A program made the position numbers and the translations under genes. 64,000 nt of DNA from assembly GCA_964615775.1 (NCBI GenBank), contig CAZTQB010000003.1, forward strand, positions 39,172-103,171, written 5' to 3'. The notes beneath the pieces are model-generated. The model worked only from the letters and a program-made list of their open reading frames with translations. It was not told the DNA's origin and made no database searches. Origin of the DNA: an uncultured Candidatus Saccharibacteria bacterium. GTDB taxonomy: Bacteria > Patescibacteriota > Saccharimonadia > Saccharimonadales > 2-12-FULL-41-12. Of the stretch, positions 1 through 8,553 are shown one piece after another. Positions within the stretch are counted from its first letter, which is position 1; the number at the start of each line of letters is the position of its first letter.

Positions 1-357
1 GATACAGCTTCGTCAACTGTTAGTGGTGTTGTCAAAGGCGTGAGTGAAGTTGGTGGTGACGTGATTGAAGCTGTCAGCGGCGGGACTCAAGGAGTAGTTA
101 AAGGTGTTAGTGACACTGGTGGTGATGTAGGCAAAGCAGCTGTTGGAGCAGTTGAAGGTGCAATTAAGGCTGCTGGTGATGTTGGTGCAGACACCGCAGA
201 AGCTGCCAAATCAGCTGTTGGCGGAGCCTTAAGGGCTGCTACTGATGTTGGTGGTGATGCTGTTGGTGTAGTTCGTGATGCACTATTGTCGGCAGCATCT
301 TTGCCTCGCGACGTTATCGAGGCAGCTATCAGAGGCTCAGAAGACAAAAAAGACTAG
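1..357 (+). CDS. C-terminal part of a Gly/Ala/Val/Asp-rich repeat protein (5' end lies outside the window)
   Basis: Frame 1 is open from base 1 to TAG at 355-357. The translation is built from degenerate units such as VKGVS(E/D)xGGDV and A(A/T)DVGGDA. No catalytic motif was recognised. Confidence 0.5.
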   Translation, partial: DTASSTVSGVVKGVSEVGGDVIEAVSGGTQGVVKGVSDTGGDVGKAAVGAVEGAIKAAGDVGADTAEAAKSAVGGALRAATDVGGDAVGVVRDALLSAASLPRDVIEAAIRGSEDKKD

Positions 358-380
358 CTTTTTTTAAGACAAATTCTAGA

Positions 381-420
381 GTTAAGACTACTGATGCATT
401 TTAGCACGGGTAGTCTTAAC
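381..420 (+). terminator. Hairpin downstream of the repeat-protein gene
   Basis: GTTAAGACTAC (381-391) pairs with GTAGTCTTAAC (410-420) as an 11-bp perfect inverted repeat. The following T tract is weak (ttattt). Confidence 0.4.
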
Positions 421-445
421 TTATTTCAGTAAACAATTGCATAGT

Positions 446-475
446 TTGACAAAAAGCATCTCTGTTTGCTAGAAT
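446..475 (+). promoter_or_regulatory. Sigma70-type promoter for tRNA-fMet
   Basis: TTGACA (446-451), an 18-nt spacer, then TAGAAT (470-475), about 50 nt upstream of the tRNA. Confidence 0.4.
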
Positions 476-526
476 AGTCAAAGACTAAAACAGGGGTTAA
501 GTAAATTTCTGTCAATTAAATAATAT

Positions 527-601
527 CGCGGGGTAGAGCAGTGGCAGCTCGTGTGGCTCATAACCACAAGGTCGCAGGTTCGAGTCCTGCCCCCGCTACC
601 A
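527..601 (+). tRNA. tRNA-Met (CAU), initiator type
   Basis: Cloverleaf CGCGGGG/CCCCGCT with CAT in the loop CTCATAA and an encoded CCA. It closely resembles the E. coli tRNA-fMet layout, with a C1 mismatch against position 72 and an A11:U24 pair. Confidence 0.85.
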
Positions 602-608
602 AGCTAGG

Positions 609-632
609 AACCGACATAGAAGTCGGTTTTTT
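609..632 (+). terminator. Rho-independent terminator after tRNA-fMet
   Basis: AACCGAC (609-615) pairs with GTCGGTT (623-629) and runs into a T tract. Confidence 0.6.
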
Positions 633-1171
633 GCTTTTTCTTGGCAGTGAATGCTTTTTCCTCTTGACTTGCCGACTGTTCGGCGTGGTATACTTGCATC
701 GGTATCGGAACCCTCGGGGTAGGCCTGCCAGCCTCTGACCCTCGGGGGTTTTTCCTTTCTGTCCCTTATTCCGTCCTCATGGGCGGTTTTTTTATGCCAT
801 TAGCGTACCATTTTTGGTACGATATTAATTTTTGGCTGTACTTAAAATATTTAGCACTAAGTTACCCTACTCTTTCATAAGTGTAGTGCTATGTCTTTTT
901 GTTTGCGTCCGAGGTGTTTGTATGTGATTGACAAAAACAGTTATAAGGCTCAAACTTGCTTGTTGTTACGGTATTTACCTATTTACTTTTGATGCCGATA
1001 CCGCTTTTAACTCTATAAATAAGTAAACTTTAAAATGGTGGAAAAGTTGTTCTATTTTTTGCTTGCAAAAATGATTAAGCTTTATTACACTAGGGGTGTA
1101 GTCGTACAAAAACAAAAATAAAATACGATTTATATACAATACGTCAAATATCATTTTGCGGTTTTTGATAC

Positions 1172-1199
1172 TTGACAAATTTCTCTTTTTGTGTATAAT
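1172..1199 (+). promoter_or_regulatory. Strong sigma70-like promoter inside the 1-kb non-coding region
   Basis: TTGACA (1172-1177), a 16-nt spacer, then TATAAT (1194-1199) preceded by TGTG. No annotated gene lies downstream for about 250 nt. Confidence 0.45.
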
Positions 1200-1456
1200 A
1201 GTAAGTGTTAGTCGACTAAAACAAAAATATCAACACAATTTCTTTCGCTAGCCAAGTACCTATGATTAGTAGATGGCAACTTTTAGTAGTGATTTTGCGG
1301 TTTTCGCTACTAAAAAAATCTCTTTTAGTCTTCTTAGCTAAAAAAAAGATATCTAACTAGCAATATAAAAAGAAGTTGATAAAACATGAGAAACCTTCTT
1401 CGGGGTAGATTGCTGGCATACTTGCCAGACTAACGATCTTCCTCGAGGAGCTACTC

Positions 1457-1561
1457 ATGAGGAGAAACAAAAAAATGAAATCAGTTGTGATGTCATACGA
1501 GTTCTCCGAGACAGAGAACCCCGCCCTACATAAGGTAGATGCGTTATTAAAGCAAGTCTAA
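1457..1561 (+). CDS. Possible 34-aa small ORF (MRRNKKMKSVVMSYEFSETENPALHKVDALLKQV)
   Basis: ATG at 1457 is preceded by GAGGAG (1445-1450) at 6-nt spacing; TAA is at 1559-1561. It is too short for the ORF track and has no homology evidence. Confidence 0.25.
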   Translation: MRRNKKMKSVVMSYEFSETENPALHKVDALLKQV

Positions 1562-1589
1562 AAGCTTGTTTTTAGTAAAAAAGTCTAAA

Positions 1590-2663
1590 TTAATAAGTCC
1601 TTTGAGTTTTAAAAGGGCTTATTTTTTGTTTGTTAATACAATCAATAATTTGCTGATTATATTTGGGTGTTTTGAAGTGAAGACAGATCTCGGCAGTGCC
1701 AAGGCTTACGCCAACTTTGACGAAATTATGGCTACCAAGTAGAGCCTCTTTTTCGTTTAGCAGGACTTTTGCGTGGATATAATTATTGTTTTTTGCTAGT
1801 TCGTTAGCAAAAAGTTTTTTTGGCAAGCGTAGTTGTTCAAATTTTTTTACAAAAAAGTGCAGAATATTCATGGGTGAGGAATGTTTGGCAGGAGAGTTAT
1901 AAAGTAATTTTACATCTACGTTTTTGTTTGTGGCATTTTTGAGTAAGTTGGAGGTTGGGCCGGCTGGAAAGAATTGACAGGTCATAAAAATACTTTTTTG
2001 AGCCGAGTTTATGAGTTTTTGAGTAGTTTCGTAGATAATCGATCGATTCTTCTGACCGGCATCTAGCAGCAAATCTAGTTGGTCGTTAATTTTTATTACC
2101 TTGTCTCTACCAATTACTTTTGTCATGTTGGGATTTTGCTGAGTCTGGGTAGCTAAGTCTCGCATAATCTTAGCTAATTTTTTGTTAGTAATTTTGGCCA
2201 TAATATCGATATCGTAGGTGCTGGATAAATTACAGCCACCAATGTAAGCGGTGTCGTTGATTATACAGTACTTGATGTGTGAGCGACCAGCAATCGAGCT
2301 AGAAAACTTTCGTTTTGGGACGTTAGTTTGGCTCAAGTTTATGCCAGCGGATTTTAACTCTTTTAGTAGTAAGCCAAGCTTACTCCAGAGTCCTTTAGGT
2401 TTGGCGGGCATTTTGGTATTAAAAAATAATGGACCTGGTATGACTTTGTGATATGAAATGAAGTTATAGGCGTCGTAAGCTAGGTAAACATCTGTCCCGT
2501 TTTTGCTAGCTAATTTTAGAGTCTCTGATAAAGTTGTCATTCGATTACCGGCATCGATGTTCATGGTGGCTAGAGCTACAAAATCTTTGCTATGGCACCG
2601 GGCAATATGATTAGTTATTTCGCTAAAATATTCTTGTTTGGATAAAAATTCGATAGTGTTCAA
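1590..2663 (-). CDS. Phospholipase D superfamily protein with two HKD motifs (cardiolipin/phosphatidylserine-synthase-like or PLD-type phosphodiesterase)
   Basis: Two HxK(x4)D-type motifs: HIKYCIINDTAYIGGCNL and HAKVLLNEKEALLGSHNF. No TM segment is obvious. Confidence 0.75.
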   Translation of the reverse strand: MNTIEFLSKQEYFSEITNHIARCHSKDFVALATMNIDAGNRMTTLSETLKLASKNGTDVYLAYDAYNFISYHKVIPGPLFFNTKMPAKPKGLWSKLGLLLKELKSAGINLSQTNVPKRKFSSSIAGRSHIKYCIINDTAYIGGCNLSSTYDIDIMAKITNKKLAKIMRDLATQTQQNPNMTKVIGRDKVIKINDQLDLLLDAGQKNRSIIYETTQKLINSAQKSIFMTCQFFPAGPTSNLLKNATNKNVDVKLLYNSPAKHSSPMNILHFFVKKFEQLRLPKKLFANELAKNNNYIHAKVLLNEKEALLGSHNFVKVGVSLGTAEICLHFKTPKYNQQIIDCINKQKISPFKTQRTY

Positions 2664-2670
2664 AATAAAA

Positions 2671-2747
2671 TGGTAGCAGCGACTGGATTTGAACCAGTGA
2701 CCCCAGGCTTATGAGTCCTGTGCTCTAACCAACTGAGCTACGCTGCC
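2671..2747 (-). tRNA. tRNA-Met (CAU), elongator type
   Basis: The reverse complement is GGCAGCGTAGCTCAGTTGGTTAGAGCACAGGACTCATAAGCCTGGGGTCACTGGTTCAAATCCAGTCGCTGCTACCA. It forms a full cloverleaf similar to E. coli elongator tRNA-Met. A lysidine-type tRNA-Ile2 cannot be excluded. Confidence 0.8.
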
Positions 2748-2800
2748 ACGGTGTACTTTATGATATCACTATGTTTAATTTGTTAATAAAGCAAGACTAA

Positions 2801-2854
2801 AGCAGTTGGTTAGAGTGTGTGCTATTAATAATTTTTCCAACTAAGCTACGCTGC
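2801..2854. pseudogene. tRNA-Met-derived fragments in inverted arrangement
   Basis: The minus-sense sequence GCAGCGTAGCTTAGTTGG (2837-2854) matches tRNA positions 2-19 with one change. The plus-sense sequence AGCAGTTGGTTAGAG (2801-2815) is a D-arm copy in the opposite orientation. The upstream flank ATATCACTA is also duplicated. Confidence 0.45.
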
Positions 2855-2891
2855 TATTTTAACTCATAATATCACTAAACTAAACTGTTAT

Positions 2892-3434
2892 CTAGATGAA
2901 TTTAGTAAGCTCAGCATTCTTAAACGGTGAGCCACGCTTTTTTAGTGACTGGTTTTTGATACGTCTGTGTAGGGCTCGGCCAAAGGCTCCGTGACCGACC
3001 ACCAAAATTGTCTGAGCGTCCAAACTACACAAATATTCATAAAATTCATTAGCACGTTTTTGTAAGTCTTTTAGCTTTTCGACGTCTTTGTACGAGTCGA
3101 TTGCCGACTCGTCAATTGCATATTTGGTTTTGGCAACTAATCTTTTGTTGCCCTCTAGTTCTCCAAAATCTCTTTCTATTGATTCTGGTCGGATGATGAT
3201 TTTTTTGGCATCATACTCTATTTCTTTGCCAAAAATTTCGGCTGTTTGCTTGGCTCTAGATAGATTTGAGGAGATAATCAAGTCAAACTTTAGACCTTTT
3301 TGCTGTGCTAAATATCCAGCTGTCCTAGCCTGCTCTTTACCTTTATCTGTAAGTGGCGTATCGCTAGAACCAGCCCAGGTCCTGGCTTTATTAAACTCAC
3401 TTTCTCCATGTCTAATAAAATACAAATGTTTCAT
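2892..3434 (-). CDS. Histidine phosphatase family protein (phosphoglycerate-mutase-like)
   Basis: N-terminal RHGESEFN motif (RHG catalytic signature) and a later VVGHGAF motif. Confidence 0.8.
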   Translation of the reverse strand: MKHLYFIRHGESEFNKARTWAGSSDTPLTDKGKEQARTAGYLAQQKGLKFDLIISSNLSRAKQTAEIFGKEIEYDAKKIIIRPESIERDFGELEGNKRLVAKTKYAIDESAIDSYKDVEKLKDLQKRANEFYEYLCSLDAQTILVVGHGAFGRALHRRIKNQSLKKRGSPFKNAELTKFI

Positions 3435-3985
3435 ATTTTTTTATACCAATCTAGAAAATCGTCCCAAAGCTTCCGGCCAGCACAATATTTGTCCAGATCT
3501 TTTTTTAAAAGCTCGTTTAGCGGAGTTTTGTCGTCTACAAAACTAGTGACCTGGAGTATCGGGGTACCTGGTCGAGACGATGCTTGGTCGATGAATTTTC
3601 GCTCATGGGTTTCTTCAAAAATAGTAATCAAGCCATTTTTATTGATGTATGCTAGTCTTGCAGTAAGATAAATTGTTTTATCTTGATAGTTCTTCATAAT
3701 TTTTAGCCAGTCGCTAGCAGTAAACCAGTGGTTCATCGACTTCATATACGGTCCCGGAAAGCCATTGAGAGCAGGTATAGACCAGCAATCGTCGCTTACT
3801 AAGAGTGGCTTGTTGATTTTATCAAAAACGCTCTTAGCCTTATGTTTAATAATCTCTATAGGGTCTTCGGACTGCACCTCATCTACTTGATTGTCGATTT
3901 GTTCTAGTTCGACACCGTGTTTTTGGCAGGCGAGCTTGGCAAACTTAAGTTTGTCTGGGTTGGATGTACAGAAAATTAAACTCAT
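3431..3985 (-). CDS. Ham1/RdgB-type non-canonical purine NTP pyrophosphatase (ITPase family), paralogue 1
   Basis: Motifs FCTSNPDKL, DEVQSEDP and NGFPGPYMK. The start was placed at Met14 (3985) because the track start at 4024 would overlap tilS. Confidence 0.75.
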   Translation of the reverse strand: MSLIFCTSNPDKLKFAKLACQKHGVELEQIDNQVDEVQSEDPIEIIKHKAKSVFDKINKPLLVSDDCWSIPALNGFPGPYMKSMNHWFTASDWLKIMKNYQDKTIYLTARLAYINKNGLITIFEETHERKFIDQASSRPGTPILQVTSFVDDKTPLNELLKKDLDKYCAGRKLWDDFLDWYKKI

Positions 3986-4002
3986 ACTGTTAAAATTATA
4001 AG

Positions 4003-4887
4003 ATGAAACTGGATATAGAGTCAAATAAGTATGTTGTGGCGGTAAGCGGTGGTGTGGATTCGGCAGTCTGTTTGGATTTATTAGCTAAGGATAAGGCTCT
4101 TGATTTGGTGGTGGCACATTTTGACCATGGGATTCGTACAGACTCAGAGGCCGACAGAATTTTAGTAGAAAAGTTGGCCAAGAAATATCAGCTGGAGTTC
4201 GAATATAAACGTGAAAATTTAGGTAGTGAAGCGTCGGAAGAACTAGCGAGGAATAGGCGATATAAATTTTTAAATGAAATTAAGGCTCAATGCAGGGCTG
4301 TCAAAATAATCACCGCTCATCATCAAGATGATGTATTAGAAACCGCGACCATTAACTTGCTTAGAGGTACTGGGATTAAGGGGGTGATTGCAATTTATAA
4401 TCCAGAGTATCTTCGGCCGCTACTTGGATTTACTAAGCAAGATATACTAAATTACGCTCGAGACAATAATCTACATTACAGTGAAGATTCCACCAACTCT
4501 TCAACTAAATATTTACGCAATCGAGTTCGCAAAAAGCTAACTGATATAAGTTACGAAGATCGCAAAAAGCTACTGGAGTTAGTCAGGTGCTTGCAACAAA
4601 ATTATGATAGCTCTCAGGAAATCTTAAGTAATATTTGGCAAGATTGTGAGCTAGAGGTTAATACTATAAATCGCAATAAATTTGTAAGCTTACCTCATAA
4701 AGTGGCTTGTGAACTGGTGGTATTTTGGTTGAGGAAGCAGCAGATAAAATTTGATCGTAAATTGATTGAAAAACTGGTTGTAGATTTGAAAGTTGGTAAA
4801 AATTCAAGTTTCTTTGATGTTGATAAATCTGCTCGCTTTTTGGTAACAAAACACAAAATTAGCCTATTAACAGATTACAATGTATAA
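4003..4887 (+). CDS. tilS: tRNA(Ile)-lysidine synthase
   Basis: PP-loop VAVSGGVDS followed by HFDHGIR and TAHHQDD motifs. Confidence 0.8.
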   Translation: MKLDIESNKYVVAVSGGVDSAVCLDLLAKDKALDLVVAHFDHGIRTDSEADRILVEKLAKKYQLEFEYKRENLGSEASEELARNRRYKFLNEIKAQCRAVKIITAHHQDDVLETATINLLRGTGIKGVIAIYNPEYLRPLLGFTKQDILNYARDNNLHYSEDSTNSSTKYLRNRVRKKLTDISYEDRKKLLELVRCLQQNYDSSQEILSNIWQDCELEVNTINRNKFVSLPHKVACELVVFWLRKQQIKFDRKLIEKLVVDLKVGKNSSFFDVDKSARFLVTKHKISLLTDYNV

Positions 4888-4955
4888 TAGTTTTTGTTGA
4901 TTTTAGTAATAATAAATCTACGTCAGAGAAATTTCAGGGAGAATTAGTTTAATTT

Positions 4956-6839
4956 ATGGCAAGTAAATTTAGTCCAAACAAGAAATTGCCCAAGGGCAAG
5001 ATGAACGGTAAAAATAGTATGCTAAAAAATATCGGTTTTGTGATATTGATACTTATTTTCGGATTTATCTTTTATTCATCACTTAATTCTGGTTCGTCAA
5101 AATTAAAAGATGTGCCGTTTTCTGAGGTAATAACTCGGGCCAACAAAGGCGAAGTTAAGAAGATTGAAGTCCAAGATGCCGAAATAAAGATTACGCCCAA
5201 AGACAAAGACAAGCCTACTGAAAAGAGTCGCAAAGACCCTGCATCGAGTATTTATGAGCAGGGTCTAAATGTCGATGCTCCGGTTGAGGTGGTTAATACT
5301 AAGCCGTCGAGCAGCGGAGGAATAATTACGACATTTTTGATTAGTTTTTTGCCAGTGCTTTTGATAATTGGTGTGCTTTTATACATGATGCGTTCAGCCC
5401 AAGGCCAGGGCAATCAAGCCTTAAGTTTTGGTAAAAGTCGAGCTAAACTTTATGGCAATGACAAAGACAAAGTATCTTTTAAAGATATTGCTGGCAACGA
5501 TGAAGCGAAGCAGGACTTAGAAGAAGTTGTCGAATTTTTGAAATATCCGAAAAAGTTTGAAGGCTTGGGTGCCAAAATTCCCAAAGGTGTCTTGTTAGTT
5601 GGTCCTCCAGGAACAGGTAAAACTATGTTAGCTCGAGCTACGGCCGGCGAAGCTAACGCCCCGTTCTTTAGTATTTCTGGTTCGGAGTTTGTGGAGATGT
5701 TTGTGGGTGTTGGTGCATCTAGAGTGCGAGATTTATTTGCCAAGGCAAAAAAGAACGCACCATGTATAATTTTCATAGACGAGATTGATGCTGTAGGACG
5801 TAAGCGTGGTTCTGGCATGGGCGGTGGTCATGATGAAAGGGAACAAACACTTAATCAAATTTTGGTAGAGATGGATGGTTTTGAGCAAGGTCAAAATGTG
5901 ATTGTATTAGCCGCAACCAACCGAGCTGACGTATTGGATCCAGCTTTATTAAGACCTGGTAGGTTTGATAGACGAGTTAACATTAATCTGCCTGACCGCA
6001 AAGATCGACTAGAAATATTAAAAAATCACTTTGCTAAAAAACCGCTGGAAAAATCAGTTGACCTAGATGCATTGGCGGCCAAAACGGCTGGTAGTTCTGG
6101 GGCTGATTTAGCAAATATTGCTAACGAAGCTGCTATTTTAGCGGCTCGCAAAAACCAAAAAACCATTACAAACGATATCGTAACTTCCGCCTTTGAAAAA
6201 GTAGCGATTGGTCCAGAGCGAAAAAGCAAAATCATGAACGATTTTGAAAAGCAGCTGACTGCCTATCATGAAGCAGGACATGCTATAGTTGGACACGTTT
6301 TACCAGATAGCGATTTGGTACATAAAGTTACAATTATTCCGCGTGGTGGTACTGGGGGCGTAACTTGGTTTATCCCGCCAGAAGATAAGAGCTATCATAG
6401 TATAATTGAATATAAGGACGTTTTGGCTCGAATGCTTGGTGGTAGAATCGCTGAGGAAATTATTTATGGCAAAGATCGAGTTACTACAGGAGCAGGTTCT
6501 GACTTACAAAAAGCAGCAGAATTAGCCCGAGAGATGGTTGTCAATCAGGGAATGGGTGATAAATTACGTGATCAAGTTTTTCATGTTGAAAGCGGCATGA
6601 TGTTTGAAAAAATCACGCATGAGAAGCAATATTCAGAGCAGACAGCCAAGGTAATTGATGATGAAGTTGAAGCCTTGATCAGTGAGGCTGCTCGACGAGC
6701 TAGAGAAGTAATCAAGGCTAACCTAACTTACCTAGAAAAGCTGAAAGATGCTTTGATTAAAAGTGAAACTGTCGAAGCTGAAGAAGTGATTAAGATCTTT
6801 GAGGGTACGCACATGCCAAAAAGTGCAAACTTGTATTAA
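4956..6839 (+). CDS. ftsH: ATP-dependent zinc metalloprotease FtsH
   Basis: N-terminal TM pair, Walker A GPPGTGKT, Walker [12 protein letters not shown] region, HEAGH zinc site. Confidence 0.95.
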   Translation: MASKFSPNKKLPKGKMNGKNSMLKNIGFVILILIFGFIFYSSLNSGSSKLKDVPFSEVITRANKGEVKKIEVQDAEIKITPKDKDKPTEKSRKDPASSIYEQGLNVDAPVEVVNTKPSSSGGIITTFLISFLPVLLIIGVLLYMMRSAQGQGNQALSFGKSRAKLYGNDKDKVSFKDIAGNDEAKQDLEEVVEFLKYPKKFEGLGAKIPKGVLLVGPPGTGKTMLARATAGEANAPFFSISGSEFVEMFVGVGASRVRDLFAKAKKNAPCIIFIDEIDAVGRKRGSGMGGGHDEREQTLNQILVEMDGFEQGQNVIVLAATNRADVLDPALLRPGRFDRRVNINLPDRKDRLEILKNHFAKKPLEKSVDLDALAAKTAGSSGADLANIANEAAILAARKNQKTITNDIVTSAFEKVAIGPERKSKIMNDFEKQLTAYHEAGHAIVGHVLPDSDLVHKVTIIPRGGTGGVTWFIPPEDKSYHSIIEYKDVLARMLGGRIAEEIIYGKDRVTTGAGSDLQKAAELAREMVVNQGMGDKLRDQVFHVESGMMFEKITHEKQYSEQTAKVIDDEVEALISEAARRAREVIKANLTYLEKLKDALIKSETVEAEEVIKIFEGTHMPKSANLY

Positions 6840-6938
6840 AATTGTCTAGCTAAATCCAAAAAATTCTATCTTAAACGGAACAACAGGTCTATAATTGATA
6901 ACTGAAATATTAATTAAAATTAGATTCATACGAGAGAT

Positions 6939-8549
6939 TTGAGAAAAAGTACACGAATATTTTCCAAAGCCAATAAACGTATAAGCCTCGGTAGTGCTGC
7001 GGCATTATTGATGACGGCTTCGATGCTTGGCCAACTGCTTGGTTTTTTACGTACTAAGTTGGTTAATGCTAACTTCCCAGCTCTTGGTCCTGACAGTACT
7101 GATGCTTATTTTGCCGCCTTTAAAATCCCTGATTTATTCTTTTTTACATTAGCAGCCGGTGCTTTAGGCGTGGCTTTTATTCCTTTTCTGACTGACCATT
7201 TGCAAAAAGGTGACAAAAAATCGGTTTTTGAACTGAGTAGTAGCTTGCTTAATTTTTTGGCAATAGTTATGGCGGTAGTTGGCATAATAATCTTTATTTT
7301 TGCCGAGCCATTGTTGCATTATGTGGTGTCACCAAATCTTAGTCCAGAGCAAATGCATAATGCTAGTACAATTATGCGTCTGATTGCTTTTAACCCACTA
7401 CTATTTACCATTTCGGGTATTTTTACTAGTGTGCAACAGACATTTGGTCGGTTTTTCTTTTATGCGGTAGCTCCACTTTTTTATAATTTGTCGATAATTT
7501 TTGGTATGTATATTTTCAAATCTGAGTTTGGTCTAATCAGCCTTGGCATAGGAGCATTGACAGGAGCAATTCTGCAACTTTTAATTTCAATTTTAGGATT
7601 TATCGGCATGAAGTTTCGCTATCATAGAACAATTATGTGGCATAACTTAGAATTTAGAAGTATTTTGCGGCAGTTACCACCAAGGTCGCTTGATCAGGGT
7701 ATTGATTCGCTAAATAGTATTGTCGAAACAAACTTGGCTCGTCGATTGGGTGACGGAAAGCTAACTTACTACGAAAACGCTTATACGCTACAGTCGGCTC
7801 CTTCGCTACTTATCGGCACGGCCATCTCTACGGCTGCTTTTCCGCGGTTAAGTGAAAGATTGTCGCAAAATCGCAGTGATTTATTCAGAAAAGATTTTCT
7901 TAATATCTTACGTACAATGATTTGGATAATTTTACCGATTGCAATTTTAACGTATTTCTTACGTGGCTATTTGGCTCGTCTGATTTTTGCCAATGATGCA
8001 CCACAGATTGCTATAATTTTAGGATTTTTTGTTGGAGCAATTATTTTTAGGACTATTTATGCGTTGGTTTCACGTTGGTTTTATGCCCAGAAAGATACAA
8101 AAACACCACTTTATGTGTCAGTGTTTTCTATTTTATTAAACGTTGTTTTGGCTTATATTTTGTCCAGGCCTTACAACTATGACGTAGCTGGTTTAGCAAT
8201 GGCTCAGTCATGGGTGGCGGTGGCTGAAGTTGTTATTTTGTTTTCCGTTATGGCTTACCGAGACCATAAGTTAATCGATAGGGAGTTTTGGAGTGCAATT
8301 TATAGGATTTTGTCGGTAGCAGGCTTCACGTTAATTATGGCTTATGTCATGGTTTCTATGTACCCACTTAGTACTTATGACAGAGGTGTATTTACTTTAG
8401 GTGGCAAGTTACTGTTGATTATTGTGCCAACCTCAGCTGTTTATATTGGGTTTTCGTTAATTTTTGGCCTAAAAGAAGCTAAATATGTTCTAAATAAACT
8501 AAAAGATATTATTCTGAAGCCAATCAAGCTGTACTCTGTTAGAATATAA
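6939..8549 (+). CDS. murJ: Lipid II flippase MurJ/MviN family
   Basis: A 536-aa polytopic membrane protein with a typical MurJ N-terminus (FLRTKLVNANFPALGPDSTDAYFAAFKIPD). Confidence 0.8.
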   Translation: MRKSTRIFSKANKRISLGSAAALLMTASMLGQLLGFLRTKLVNANFPALGPDSTDAYFAAFKIPDLFFFTLAAGALGVAFIPFLTDHLQKGDKKSVFELSSSLLNFLAIVMAVVGIIIFIFAEPLLHYVVSPNLSPEQMHNASTIMRLIAFNPLLFTISGIFTSVQQTFGRFFFYAVAPLFYNLSIIFGMYIFKSEFGLISLGIGALTGAILQLLISILGFIGMKFRYHRTIMWHNLEFRSILRQLPPRSLDQGIDSLNSIVETNLARRLGDGKLTYYENAYTLQSAPSLLIGTAISTAAFPRLSERLSQNRSDLFRKDFLNILRTMIWIILPIAILTYFLRGYLARLIFANDAPQIAIILGFFVGAIIFRTIYALVSRWFYAQKDTKTPLYVSVFSILLNVVLAYILSRPYNYDVAGLAMAQSWVAVAEVVILFSVMAYRDHKLIDREFWSAIYRILSVAGFTLIMAYVMVSMYPLSTYDRGVFTLGGKLLLIIVPTSAVYIGFSLIFGLKEAKYVLNKLKDIILKPIKLYSVRI

Positions 8550-8553
8550 CAAC

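Noticed and set aside
541-738. ORFs overlapping tRNA genes (541-738 over tRNA-fMet and 52929-53117 over tRNA-Pro).
   Set aside because: They are translations of tRNA and terminator sequence and are not credible proteins.
851-891. A CIRCE-like inverted repeat, TTAGCACT...AGTGCTA, in the long non-coding region.
   Set aside because: The arms are separated by about 26 nt instead of 9, and the flanking consensus bases (C/G and the terminal A) are missing. It is probably fortuitous or a decayed site.
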